A stretch of DNA of 64,000 nucleotides from Aulosira sp. ZfuVER01 (lineage in GTDB: Bacteria > Cyanobacteriota > Cyanobacteriia > Cyanobacteriales > Nostocaceae). The stretch lies in contig JAVRCV020000071.1 in NCBI GenBank assembly GCA_034530615.2, positions 124,335-188,334 on the forward strand, in the 5' to 3' direction. A model generated the notes under the pieces. That model did no database searches and had not been told where the DNA came from. It saw nothing but the letters and a program-made list of their open reading frames with translations. Positions 1-10,190 of this stretch are shown in pieces; the first letter of the stretch is position 1, and the number at the start of each line of letters is the position of its first letter. Position numbers and translations under genes: made by a program.

Positions 1-844
1 GGCTTCCTGAAGTCAAAATCCTCTTAAAAGGAAGTACTATGACATCAGCTGCACTAAAAAAAAGATGTATTTGGCTATCTTCTACAAAATCTGGATGAAG
101 AAAAACTCTCTCTAAATTTGAGGCTTGCTCTTTAAGCTTTTGACCGTAAGCTTCATTCAATGGTTTTCCTACTATTAAGAGGCTATTTTCTTGCAAAAAT
201 TCTTTGTTGTCTTTCCAAACTTGCAGTAAGTCTTCAATCCCTTTGTAAGGTCGCAACATACCTAGGTTTAGATAAACACGCCCAGAGAGTGGAAGTCCAA
301 GTGCTTTTCTTGCTGCTACTGGATCGATTAAACTATCGTAAACTTCCCGATAATGCCCGTGGGGAATAACCTCAGTTTTTAAAGCGTTAACTTTATAGGT
401 TTGAGCAATATCTTCTAAAGCTGAAGATTGGTGAACAATAATTTGATCTACTAGTTTCAGTAAAATTCGTTGAGTCCACATCTCTAGAAGGGGAAACTGG
501 GAATCATGAGAAATTTGATTGTGGATTGTCCAAACTACTTTTACCCCAGCCCATTTAGTAAGTACAATATCAATTAACAATTTGATGCTATAAACAAGTT
601 TGCTGAGGCTATTTTTTCCTTTAAGGTAAGGGCTTAGCCAATGAATATGTAAGATATCTATTTGATTTGCGTTAGTTTTAACAACTCTGAAAATGGGAAA
701 TACTCGACGATAACCTGTAGGAAATAATACTTCTACTCCTTGACTTTGCAATACTTTCGCCAAGAGTGTTTGATAGGGGTTATCAACTCGGTAATCTGGC
801 ATCATCAAAACCCGTAAAGGTTCTATTGAAGTATTAAAACTCAT
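1..844 (-). CDS. Glycosyltransferase family 4, 3' end outside the window
   Basis: Manual minus-strand translation from ATG at 844 gives MSFNTSIEPLRVLMMPDYRVDNPYQTLL..., HIHW, VWTIHN, IPHGHY, LGMLRPYKG, ADVIVLPF..TSGS. Missing from the ORF track because it runs off the edge. Confidence 0.8.
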   Translation of the reverse strand, partial: MSFNTSIEPLRVLMMPDYRVDNPYQTLLAKVLQSQGVEVLFPTGYRRVFPIFRVVKTNANQIDILHIHWLSPYLKGKNSLSKLVYSIKLLIDIVLTKWAGVKVVWTIHNQISHDSQFPLLEMWTQRILLKLVDQIIVHQSSALEDIAQTYKVNALKTEVIPHGHYREVYDSLIDPVAARKALGLPLSGRVYLNLGMLRPYKGIEDLLQVWKDNKEFLQENSLLIVGKPLNEAYGQKLKEQASNLERVFLHPDFVEDSQIHLFFSAADVIVLPFKRILTSGS

Positions 845-984
845 GGCTGCAACTCTTTGAAGAATCGCTGCGTTACTAAATGTTGAATACCTTCGCTATA
901 CATTAACCGTATCTCGGTAGTGATCACTCCAGAAACCATGTTGATATTTTTCCTGGATTTTGAGTACCAAAGAACCAAGGGACA

Positions 985-2049
985 TCAGTGGCTAATCCTT
1001 GTTTTAGTCAATCCCAAAGCTTGGCGAAACATTCCCCATGTTGCGCGATGAGACAAATATGATGGATGCTGAACGAGCATACGCGAGGTTTCTGTAATAA
1101 ATTTACCTACCTGCCTAGTTTCATAAAAGCTGGCAACCTTGCGTAAATCCATAAAAAACTTGCACTCCGAAATCTTGTGTTTTACGTAGATCTGATCCTG
1201 TATGGATAACTTAGGTAGAAATTTGGGGATAATTTGGAAGTCTTCTTCTCTAAAAAGGCCCAGCCTACCTTTGGAGACAGTTTTACTCTGGCTATGTAAA
1301 CGAGCTTGGGCTAATACATCTGGGATAATTTTGGGCGTAATGTTGTCTACTAGCAATCGCATATTAAATTCCGAATCCATGCAGTAATGTAAAGATTCAT
1401 CAAAGAACCCGTAGTTCTTCAAAATTTTGGTTGACATGAAATTTGAAACCTGAATTGCAACACCTCTAATAGGGCCTTCCCAACGGATTAAGGCCTCCTT
1501 CACGCCAGAAAATGCTGAGGGAATCAGTCGTTCTAAAACAACACCAATTTCATTAATATATTCTGCATACCCAGTAACCCAATATATGCTTGAATCTTGT
1601 TTAAATTGAGCAGCAACTTTCTGAAATGTTCCCTTTTCATACCTATCATCACTATTTATGTATGCCCAGATATCTCCAGAAACTTTCTTCAAACCTTTGT
1701 TAATAGCATGGCTTTGCCCATTGTCTTTTTCACTCACCCAGTAGCTAAGATAATTAGCATACTTTTGAATAATTTCTATACTGTTGTCAGTGCTACCCCC
1801 ATCAATAATGATATATTCCAAATTTGGATAGTTTTGTAAAATTACAGAGCGAATAGTTTCTTCTAAAAATTGACCCTGGTTATAAGAAGGTGTAATAATA
1901 CTAATTTTTGGATAAAAATCGATATCAAGCTCTGAGTTAGATAAATTCTCTGTTTCTTGATTCCACGGAAAACCACTTTTTCCGTCCGGAGGCGGAGGTA
2001 GTTTTGATAGCAGTCCATTAAACATATTGTTGTTCAAATCCATAGACAT
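985..2049 (-). CDS. Glycosyltransferase family 2
   Basis: KISIITPSYNQG, IIIDGGSTD and YINSDD GT-A motifs. Confidence 0.9.
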   Translation of the reverse strand: MSMDLNNNMFNGLLSKLPPPPDGKSGFPWNQETENLSNSELDIDFYPKISIITPSYNQGQFLEETIRSVILQNYPNLEYIIIDGGSTDNSIEIIQKYANYLSYWVSEKDNGQSHAINKGLKKVSGDIWAYINSDDRYEKGTFQKVAAQFKQDSSIYWVTGYAEYINEIGVVLERLIPSAFSGVKEALIRWEGPIRGVAIQVSNFMSTKILKNYGFFDESLHYCMDSEFNMRLLVDNITPKIIPDVLAQARLHSQSKTVSKGRLGLFREEDFQIIPKFLPKLSIQDQIYVKHKISECKFFMDLRKVASFYETRQVGKFITETSRMLVQHPSYLSHRATWGMFRQALGLTKTRISH

Positions 2050-2412
2050 TTTTTAAAATATCAATAATGAGGTTTATCTGTTTAGCTTCTTAATACCCAA
2101 GTTTTAGCTCTATTCTAAGAAATTTCGAGAATGAAAAAGGTATGGATGACAAAGCATAGTTACACCAATTTAACCCAGCAATTTAAGTGGTTTTGTTGAT
2201 TCAATACAGAGATTTGTATTTGATTTAATAACAAATTCTGGTATAACCAATTTCTATTTAACTTTAGTCCTTGGCTAGAATAAAGAGGTGAATCTTGTAA
2301 GTAATCCGAGGTAATGCAAAAATATCAAATATTTTTACTGAGGAAGTATGTTGCTCTTCAGTCCAAGGTTAACCTACTTTATTAGGTAAAGATTGAGGTA
2401 GTTTATAGAACT

Positions 2413-2931
2413 TTATTTGCATACTTCTAGCTGTCGAAATTTATAATGTTTGGCAGGACTACCAAAAACGATTGAATATGGTTTAACATCTTTAGTCACA
2501 ACTGAATTAGCTCCAATGACAGCCCCTTTACCGATAGTCACACCAGGTAAGATCATTGAATGTGTGCCAATCCAAACATCATCTTCAATCACTACAGTTT
2601 TTAGAATACTGGTCTGGTGCATATCCTCTTGGTGATAATCATGGGTAACTGAGGTAATAGCAGTATGAGAGCCAATCATGACACGATCGCCAATTTGAAT
2701 TCCACCTTGGCACCACATATGTACATAAGTTCCAACTGAAACTTGGTTACCAATTTCAAGATTGCTGGGTCTGCTAATATAAAATGGAAAGAAAAAGTTG
2801 CATCCTTCTCCATAGCTTTTTAATTGTTTTATCAGGGTATCTTTTTGACTTTCAAGCAGATATTCATTAATTTTTTTAAAAATTTTAATTCGGATAGGAA
2901 TGATTAATTCTCTGAGTTTTTTAGCCAGCAT
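2413..2931 (-). CDS. Hexapeptide-repeat (LbH) sugar O-acetyltransferase
   Basis: VVIEDDVWIG..ILPGVTIGKGAVIGANSVVTKDV..GSPAK; overlaps the wzt stop. Confidence 0.9.
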   Translation of the reverse strand: MLAKKLRELIIPIRIKIFKKINEYLLESQKDTLIKQLKSYGEGCNFFFPFYISRPSNLEIGNQVSVGTYVHMWCQGGIQIGDRVMIGSHTAITSVTHDYHQEDMHQTSILKTVVIEDDVWIGTHSMILPGVTIGKGAVIGANSVVTKDVKPYSIVFGSPAKHYKFRQLEVCK

Positions 2932-4177
2932 ACCAATTACCCTGAATACTAATTTTACCTAAACGCTGATCGTATTTTTTTCCATTAATAAACGCAGGTT
3001 CTACATAAAAAGATTCTGCAAATTCTACCCAATCAATAAATTGTTTATTTTTATCAAAAATTCCTGAAGATATCATATATTTACCAGGCATTAGTTGATT
3101 AATGAATTCTACATTTATTCTGCCGAATTCTCTATTATATTTAATATTAGTACCACAATCTCTTTGGAAAAGACTGACTTGAACTTCACCATCTTCTAAG
3201 TTGTAAATAAGAACAAAAAATTCTAGTTCTTCAATTTCCGTATTTACTTTATAGTCAATTGAAATTTTCAGTTTATCAAAAATAGAAACGACAATATCAG
3301 AATCATTAAGATTATTTAATGTAATTTTTTCAATTTCTGCTCTAGCATCACCTTTTATGTGTCTGTATTTTTTTGTTTGCTCCTCGGAACTTTGGTTAAG
3401 TGCTCTTTGCATATACTGAGATATAACTTCAGCAGGATTTCCCTCATAAATTAGTTTCCCTTGAGATAATAAAAATGCACTAGTACAAAGTTGTTTGACT
3501 GTAGACATATTGTGGCTGACAAACAAAACAGTTCTACCTTGCTTACCTACTTCTTCCATCTTTCCCAAACATTTTTGTTGGAAAGCGGAATCGCCTACTG
3601 CTAATACTTCATCGACTATTAAAATCTCAGGTTCTAAATGAGCAGCTACAGCAAAAGCTAAACGGACATACATACCTGATGAATACCGTTTTACAGGTGT
3701 ATCTAAAAATTTCTCTACTTCTGCAAAAGCGACAATTTCATCAAATTTGCGCTGAATTTCTACTTTGCTCATGCCCAAAATTGCACCGTTGAGGAAAATA
3801 TTCTCTCTTCCGGTCAACTCTGGATGAAATCCAGTGCCTACTTCTAATAAGCTAGCAACTCTTCCTTGAATTTTAATCCTACCTTGAGTTGGCTCAGTAA
3901 TCCGGCTTAAAATTTTTAATAATGTTGATTTTCCTGCTCCATTCCGCCCAATAATCCCAACCCTATCTCCTTGCTGAATTTCAAACGAAACATCGTTGAG
4001 TGCCCAAAACTCTTCATGGAAAATTGGAATTTTTGATTTTTGCTTTTGAAACGGATTAAGTAAACTCTTAGCCTGATTGCTAATGATATCCCGCAGTGTA
4101 CTGTAGCGTTCCTGCTGTTGATGTCCAATAATATATTTTTTACTTAAGTTTTCAACTCTAATTACAGTTTCAGGCAT
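2921..4177 (-). CDS. wzt: Polysaccharide ABC exporter ATP-binding subunit with C-terminal Wzt_C-like domain
   Basis: GRNGAGKST, YSSGM, ILIVDEVLAVGD and VSH motifs; adjacent to the permease. Confidence 0.9.
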   Translation of the reverse strand: MPETVIRVENLSKKYIIGHQQQERYSTLRDIISNQAKSLLNPFQKQKSKIPIFHEEFWALNDVSFEIQQGDRVGIIGRNGAGKSTLLKILSRITEPTQGRIKIQGRVASLLEVGTGFHPELTGRENIFLNGAILGMSKVEIQRKFDEIVAFAEVEKFLDTPVKRYSSGMYVRLAFAVAAHLEPEILIVDEVLAVGDSAFQQKCLGKMEEVGKQGRTVLFVSHNMSTVKQLCTSAFLLSQGKLIYEGNPAEVISQYMQRALNQSSEEQTKKYRHIKGDARAEIEKITLNNLNDSDIVVSIFDKLKISIDYKVNTEIEELEFFVLIYNLEDGEVQVSLFQRDCGTNIKYNREFGRINVEFINQLMPGKYMISSGIFDKNKQFIDWVEFAESFYVEPAFINGKKYDQRLGKISIQGNWYAG

Positions 4178-4247
4178 GAGTTCTTTACTGTGTCACAATA
4201 ATCAATCGCTAGAATATTTGAATTAGTCGTAACTTTAAAGTTAGCTT

Positions 4248-5084
4248 TTAAATCACATCAGCAAATGTCTTTTCCATCTTGCGAAAATACCAAATTCCAG
4301 TAATGAAGAGTAAAGCTACAAGTCCTAAAGATAAAGTAAATCCAGGTACGTATAACTTTGATTCACCTCCCAAAATTGCCCAGCGAAAACCATCAATTAC
4401 TCCTACCATTGGGTTGAGTGAGTAGAGCAATCGCCACTTTTCTGGCACAATACCACTGCTAAATCCTACGGGTGAAATATAAAGACCGAACTGCACGATA
4501 AATGGCACAATAAAACGGAAATCTCGATACTTGACATTCAACGAAGCTAGCCATAATCCTGCACCCATTGAAGCAGTAAAGGCAATAGCAATAAACAAGG
4601 GTAATGTTAAAATTCGCCAACTGGGAACAAAGTTATACCATGCCATTAATGCCAATAAAATCATCCCCGAAATCAAAAAATCTACAAAGCTAACTACTAC
4701 TGTACTTGTAGGCACTATTAAGCGAGGAAAATAGACTTTGGAGATTAAATTAGCATTGCTAATTAAACTATTGCTACATTCTGAAAGCGAATTTGCGAAG
4801 AATTGCCAAGGCAACATCGCTGAAAAAACCAAAATTGGATAAGGCGCACCTTGGGAGGGTAACTTGGCTAATTGCCCAAACACAACTGTAAAAACTACCA
4901 TCGTCAGAAATGGACGAATTAGCGCCCAAGCAATGCCGATCGCAGTTTGCTTGTAACGCACCAGTATGTCACGCCATGCTAAAAAGCAAAATAACTCCCG
5001 ATAGCGCCATATATCTTTCCAATATTGTTGCTCTGTTCGTCCAGCTTCAATTACCAATTCTGGCTGAGAAATGGTGTCTTTCAT
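4248..5084 (-). CDS. wzm: Polysaccharide ABC-2 permease
   Basis: RDILVRYKQT, KVYFPR, YRD and LNP motifs; multiple TM segments. Confidence 0.9.
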   Translation of the reverse strand: MKDTISQPELVIEAGRTEQQYWKDIWRYRELFCFLAWRDILVRYKQTAIGIAWALIRPFLTMVVFTVVFGQLAKLPSQGAPYPILVFSAMLPWQFFANSLSECSNSLISNANLISKVYFPRLIVPTSTVVVSFVDFLISGMILLALMAWYNFVPSWRILTLPLFIAIAFTASMGAGLWLASLNVKYRDFRFIVPFIVQFGLYISPVGFSSGIVPEKWRLLYSLNPMVGVIDGFRWAILGGESKLYVPGFTLSLGLVALLFITGIWYFRKMEKTFADVI

Positions 5085-5294
5085 ATTATTTGCGTTGTAT
5101 TAAATAAGCTGGCTTAGTTTTTACCATTATCTACACGACATCTAAAATTCATCAAGCATACTTCATCTTTCAAGAGTGCAGTAACCGCGCCCCTGCTACA
5201 AAAAATAATAGGGACACAAATTGTTGTGTCCCTATTGTGGGTTTATAATAATTCGTTTGCAAGTTGTTGAGATGTATTATGCTCAACCTGTACT

Positions 5295-5657
5295 TTATGT
5301 AGGCGTTGATGCATTTACTTTGCGAGAATTCCGCTTACCAGTGCGCTTGCGTGCACCCCCAGCCATCTCATATTCATCACTACCTTTACCATATTTAGAA
5401 GCTACCCCAGTTAGCATCCGTTCTGATAAATCAGCAAGCGATCGCTCTGCTTGTGAAATCAGAGTACCTGTCTGATCGGCCGCTGACAAAGCCATATTAT
5501 GAGCTTCTAATTTTCTGTGTGTATCTTCAATTAATTCTGAAAATATTTCGACCGTTAGCCCATTTCCCAAATCTAGTGAGGCATCAATTGTCTTTAAACC
5601 AGCTATCCGACGCTGGGCTTTTTCTAAAATTATCGAAGTCCGCTTTGGTCTTCCCAT
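5295..5657 (-). CDS. Hypothetical helical protein with basic N- and C-termini
   Basis: ATG start; coherent helical sequence (LDLGNGLT, KYGKGSDEYEMAGG); function unknown. Confidence 0.7.
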   Translation of the reverse strand: MGRPKRTSIILEKAQRRIAGLKTIDASLDLGNGLTVEIFSELIEDTHRKLEAHNMALSAADQTGTLISQAERSLADLSERMLTGVASKYGKGSDEYEMAGGARKRTGKRNSRKVNASTPT

Positions 5658-5823
5658 AGCAGTATGTCCATGTTTGAAAGGCTACACATAAATTAACTTA
5701 TGCTTTACCAATACGGAACTAGTGTTAATTGGGAATCATCAGCGATCAAATGTTCTAGGGAATTGCGTAAATTTCCTAATTTAAGGGTTGTTTGTGGCGA
5801 TAAATTCCATATTTATGGCAAAA

Positions 5824-6050
5824 AATGCGACAAAACTTGTAAACACACCATTTTTTACAAAAAAAAATTAATCCAAAGCTGCAAATATTCGACTCAAACT
5901 TATAAATGCTCCATTTTTCATAATGAAAACTAATCCAAAGCTACAAAGATTCGACTCAAACTTATGAATACTCCACTATTCACAATAAATGCTGATACAA
6001 AGCTGTAAAGATTCGACTCAAACTTATAAATGCTTCATTTTTTACAATAC
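5824..6050. repeat. Non-coding tandem array, 62-bp period (3 good copies plus 1 degenerate)
   Basis: Core TTCGACTCAAACTTA at 5888, 5950 and 6012; degenerate TGCGACAAAACTTG at 5826. Confidence 0.85.
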
Positions 6051-6149
6051 AGCTTTGTTTATTTTGCATTTTCAAATGTCATTTTGATCGAAGCGAATTA
6101 TCTTTAAGCTTCTGCTTCGCTCAGAACGACAGATTTTTGAGCTTTTGTA

Positions 6150-6599
6150 TTAGTACATAAACTTAAAATCTTGAATGCTTCTGTGATTCATCATCCGGGA
6201 ATGTCTGCTAGTGAACTCTCCTACAGAAGGGTTTCCATTTGGATGCATTACCCCCGTTGCTTGTTGCCAAAGTTCTGGCGGTGCTACTGACAAGTCATAA
6301 ACAGAGTCACGCTTACAAATGTGATACCACTTGGTTTGTTGGCATTCTTCGCACCAAAAAGCTTCTAACCATTCACCTTCTAAAGGAACCGCTGTTTTAG
6401 CTGCTACTAACATTAAGGCTTCACGTCGTTTGACCCCCCGTTGTTGTAGCTGTCCTGCTTGTTCGGTAAATAACCCGTATTTTTGGCTCATACTATCCAT
6501 GTAGCACCCATGTACCGGACAATGTATAGCTCGCCGTTTAGAACGTTTCCGATTTCGATCACACCTTCTCTGCACTTTGGCCCTCCGTATCAGTAACAT
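6150..6599 (-). CDS. Cys/His-motif hypothetical protein (true start may be slightly downstream)
   Basis: CPVHGC and CEEC motifs; GNPSVGEFT C-terminus. Confidence 0.65.
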   Translation of the reverse strand: MLLIRRAKVQRRCDRNRKRSKRRAIHCPVHGCYMDSMSQKYGLFTEQAGQLQQRGVKRREALMLVAAKTAVPLEGEWLEAFWCEECQQTKWYHICKRDSVYDLSVAPPELWQQATGVMHPNGNPSVGEFTSRHSRMMNHRSIQDFKFMY

Positions 6600-6945
6600 T
6601 AAACAGATCGCAAGAAGGTTGCATTGAAGGGACTGAGATCTTAATGACCATCAAAGCCCACTCCTAAATCAACAATGAGTTATTGAGTTTGAGAAGAAAA
6701 ATTTGTGAACCAGTGCCAGTTCGGAGGAACAAGTTTCACTATCTTTTCTTGGAAAGCAGACATACGTAATTCTGCTTAGGGAGAGTCTGCGTTCGCTAAA
6801 TTGCAAAGCATAGTTCTCAAGAATAGCGTTCTTAAAGGGTAGACGCACTTTGTTTATATAGCCGTAATTTACGATTGTCAAGCCAATATTGAAGGTAAAT
6901 TAATACGATTTCAAGAAATCTTATACGTAATAACACTCAACACTC

Positions 6946-8385
6946 TTAGGAAATAGCCTGCCGCAATACTCTTAGATATTGTTTAGCAATGATTTCCGGC
7001 GTAAAATGCGACTGCAAATACTTACGGGAGGCAATACCCATGCGTTCTGCTAGTGGTTGGTTACTATTGAGAAGGCGAATAAATTCAGCTAATCCATAGC
7101 TGTCACCATTCTCAAAACTAGCGCCACATTGTGCATCTATAACCAGTTGTCTTAAGTAAGAATACTCTGAACAAATCACCGCTACTGGACGCCCTGTTGC
7201 CAAAGCTGGGTAAAGCTTACTAGGAGCAACTAGACTTTCCATCCCAGCTTCTACACTCACCAGAGATAGATCGCAAGCTGTCAAAGAATAAGGTAGTACT
7301 TCTTTGTCTTGATATGGCAGAAACAGGAAATTATCTAGTCCTAAATGATTGACTTCTTCGATAAAACTTTCATGTTTTGGCCCGCCGCCAATACAAACGA
7401 ACTGAATTGGCTCATCTTGTAGTTGTTTGGCTGCCTCTAAAATGGTGTCCATATCATGGCACCGACCCATATTACCGGAATAAAGTACGGTAAATTTGTT
7501 AACTAAGTTATGTTTCTTAGCAAACCAGTTATCTTTTTTTACAATCGGCACAATCAAGTCAGGATCTCCCCAACTGTGAATCACAGAAACTTTATCCGCT
7601 ACCTCTGGACAAGTTGCTAGTACTCGCTGCTTCATAGCCGGACTGAGAACAACTATCCCGCGTGCGTTTTGCCAAATCTTTCTGTTGAGCGCTTGCCAGA
7701 ATTTTGCTAACCAGTGATTGTTGGGAATTACCCCAAGAGCGACCGCAATGTCTGGATAGATGTCATAAATTAAACAAACGTAAGAAAGACCAAAACACAG
7801 GTGAGCTAGATATCCAATAATTGGCAAGAATGGCGGCGCTGAGGTCAGTAAAAATACATCGTGGCGACGGCAACATCTGGCTAAATGCAGCACTGCACGC
7901 AAGGTAAACAAGACCCCATTGATAGCTTTACCACGAACCCGTCGCGACCAAAGTTGAGCAGTGCGCGATCGCTGAATTCTGACTCGACCTACTTGTTCTA
8001 CTGCGGGAGCAGTAGAAGTCCCAAAGGCATATCCTGGTTGACCTGTAAACACTTCAATGTTTACACCTTGTTTACTTAACTGTCTCACCAGTTCTTCAAT
8101 TAACTGTCCCGTAGCAGCATAATCTGGGGGAAAAAACTCAGTGATCACAGATAAGTTCAGCGATTGACCGTACCAAGTTTCATTCACTCCTAAAGATTGA
8201 TGCGAAACTATGGAAGGAAATACAAATGTGGAAAAATTCTTCCTATTATGTTGTTTTCCATTGTCGAAGTTAACTTTCTCACTTGGCAAAAAATCTCTAT
8301 CAGCTTTAATAAATTGCTGATTCTGAGAAATTTTGGTAGTTGATTTGGTTAGCAACGATTTTTTCAGCCACTCACTGAATGTCAT
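6946..8385 (-). CDS. Glycosyltransferase family 4 (WcaI-like)
   Basis: EFFPPDYAATG, YDIYPD, YSGNMG and PSKLY motifs. Confidence 0.88.
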   Translation of the reverse strand: MTFSEWLKKSLLTKSTTKISQNQQFIKADRDFLPSEKVNFDNGKQHNRKNFSTFVFPSIVSHQSLGVNETWYGQSLNLSVITEFFPPDYAATGQLIEELVRQLSKQGVNIEVFTGQPGYAFGTSTAPAVEQVGRVRIQRSRTAQLWSRRVRGKAINGVLFTLRAVLHLARCCRRHDVFLLTSAPPFLPIIGYLAHLCFGLSYVCLIYDIYPDIAVALGVIPNNHWLAKFWQALNRKIWQNARGIVVLSPAMKQRVLATCPEVADKVSVIHSWGDPDLIVPIVKKDNWFAKKHNLVNKFTVLYSGNMGRCHDMDTILEAAKQLQDEPIQFVCIGGGPKHESFIEEVNHLGLDNFLFLPYQDKEVLPYSLTACDLSLVSVEAGMESLVAPSKLYPALATGRPVAVICSEYSYLRQLVIDAQCGASFENGDSYGLAEFIRLLNSNQPLAERMGIASRKYLQSHFTPEIIAKQYLRVLRQAIS

Positions 8386-10190
8386 TGGCTATATCGTCCT
8401 TCAAAATGATTTTTAGGCTTAGAGATAAACTTGACAGCTATTGAGCTAAAATCGGCTTTACTGCCCAATATTTGCTGCTCAGTTCCTTTATAGTCGATGT
8501 TTAAGTAAATTAGTGAAAAAGCAAGTTTTTTTTGAAAAAACAATATTATTTTTTGTTAAATTCTGTAGAAAATACTGATTTATATATCTTCTTTTGAGAG
8601 AAGTAAACCTACTTCAAGCTTCAGCAATTAATTGATAAATATTGCTTTAATCAAAGACAAAGCCCAATATTTACATTAGTAACAGATTCAAAATTTACCG
8701 AAATTGAGAGGAAATTTTTGAATTCTTGCCAGAGTAACTATTGCAATTTTTTTTGCTTAACGTATTAAATCATGCTTTAGATACCGCTTGTTTTGAGAAG
8801 CATTATCCCTCTTTAATCGCGTCTTCAACCCCTTAAAGACCCGAAAATAAGCATTTTGCGTTAGCTAAAGTAATGCTCTGCTGGCTTTCGTATACGTATT
8901 TTCCTAAGTCTAATACTATACCATATTTATTTTTATCGTCAATAATTAAATCAAAAATACATTGATTTTGTTATGGCTTCATGTTGGCTAATGTATATCA
9001 GTCGTCAACAAAAGACTATAGCAGATGAAAAAGTCTCTGCACCTAACAAGCGTGGGTAGATGTGAGCTTAACCAAATTCAAGTGTTGTAGCAAATAGACA
9101 ATAATTTAGAGAGAAGATTTTAGATTCAGGCATAATTCGTGCATATAAAGCTGATATAACTTTGCCGACAGAATAGCAAAAGTTTTCCAGACAGTCAAAA
9201 ATTAACTAATTAAATACCTGAATAATAACTAATCTAAATTTTTGATTCATAGGTAAGATAACTTATGACTCGGTTAGGGATAACGCTTTCCCATTATCCA
9301 GCCGTAAGCTGCTTACATACTACTGTTCCTGCTAGAAAATCATTACCCAACAAAACTTAATATTTGCGTCATATCATTATTAGCAAAAATGCAGTAGGCT
9401 ATCTACCAACCTAGCGAGCATTAACATAGCGATGAAATATTTCTAGAACTAACGAATCTCAATCTCAATCAAAATCTCCAAAGAAAAATCAATAAAAGCA
9501 AGAACTGGTAAGCATTTCCCGATGACATTCATTCCCCAACCCCTGATAAACTTTTGTTGTTACCCACTTTTGTAACCCTCTTCGGAATGGAATTCCCAGG
9601 CTAATAGCCTAAAGTTCTCTAAAGCAGACTGAGTAGACTGAGACTCTAAGTCGCTACATGGAAGTGCAAGGTGGGATATCGGTAAGCACTTTGCATTTAA
9701 CAAAGCTTGACAATTCATACTGTAACATCTTTTATACTTTTGTTTCTCAAACATACTCAGGCTTACTGAGAGAAGCCAGAATATACTTGCGCAAGTATAC
9801 TACTGTTCAGGTTAATACAATGCTTATTGTTAAGCTAAGTAAAAACAACAATACTCTAACTCAATGCAATTGACTAAAGTAGTAGCGATATCCGTATAAG
9901 ACGGACTCAATCACTCCTACATGGCACTTGATTAAAGCTAACATATAACAAGAGTATAAATACTGATGGTTATCATCGCCTAAAACATTGACTAGTTTTT
10001 GCTAATCTAAAACAGCTAGATAAATTCTTAATCTTTTGGAAGTCTCTGAGGAAAAGCAAATATATTTATACTCAAAAAGTAGTATTGACTTTTTCAATTC
10101 AACCCCTTAATTAGAATTACGATAGTGTGCCTTGGCTTGCTGAAGGCTGTAATGAAAACTTTTAACTATCTGATTACACAATAAGAAGTA

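Noticed and set aside
160..1839. Short plus-strand ORFs (160, 1202, 1597) and similar 60-130 aa antisense ORFs elsewhere
   Set aside because: They lie opposite well-supported genes and have no motifs.
5824..6050. 62-bp repeats as a CRISPR array
   Set aside because: The entire unit repeats, so there are no unique spacers. No cas genes are nearby.
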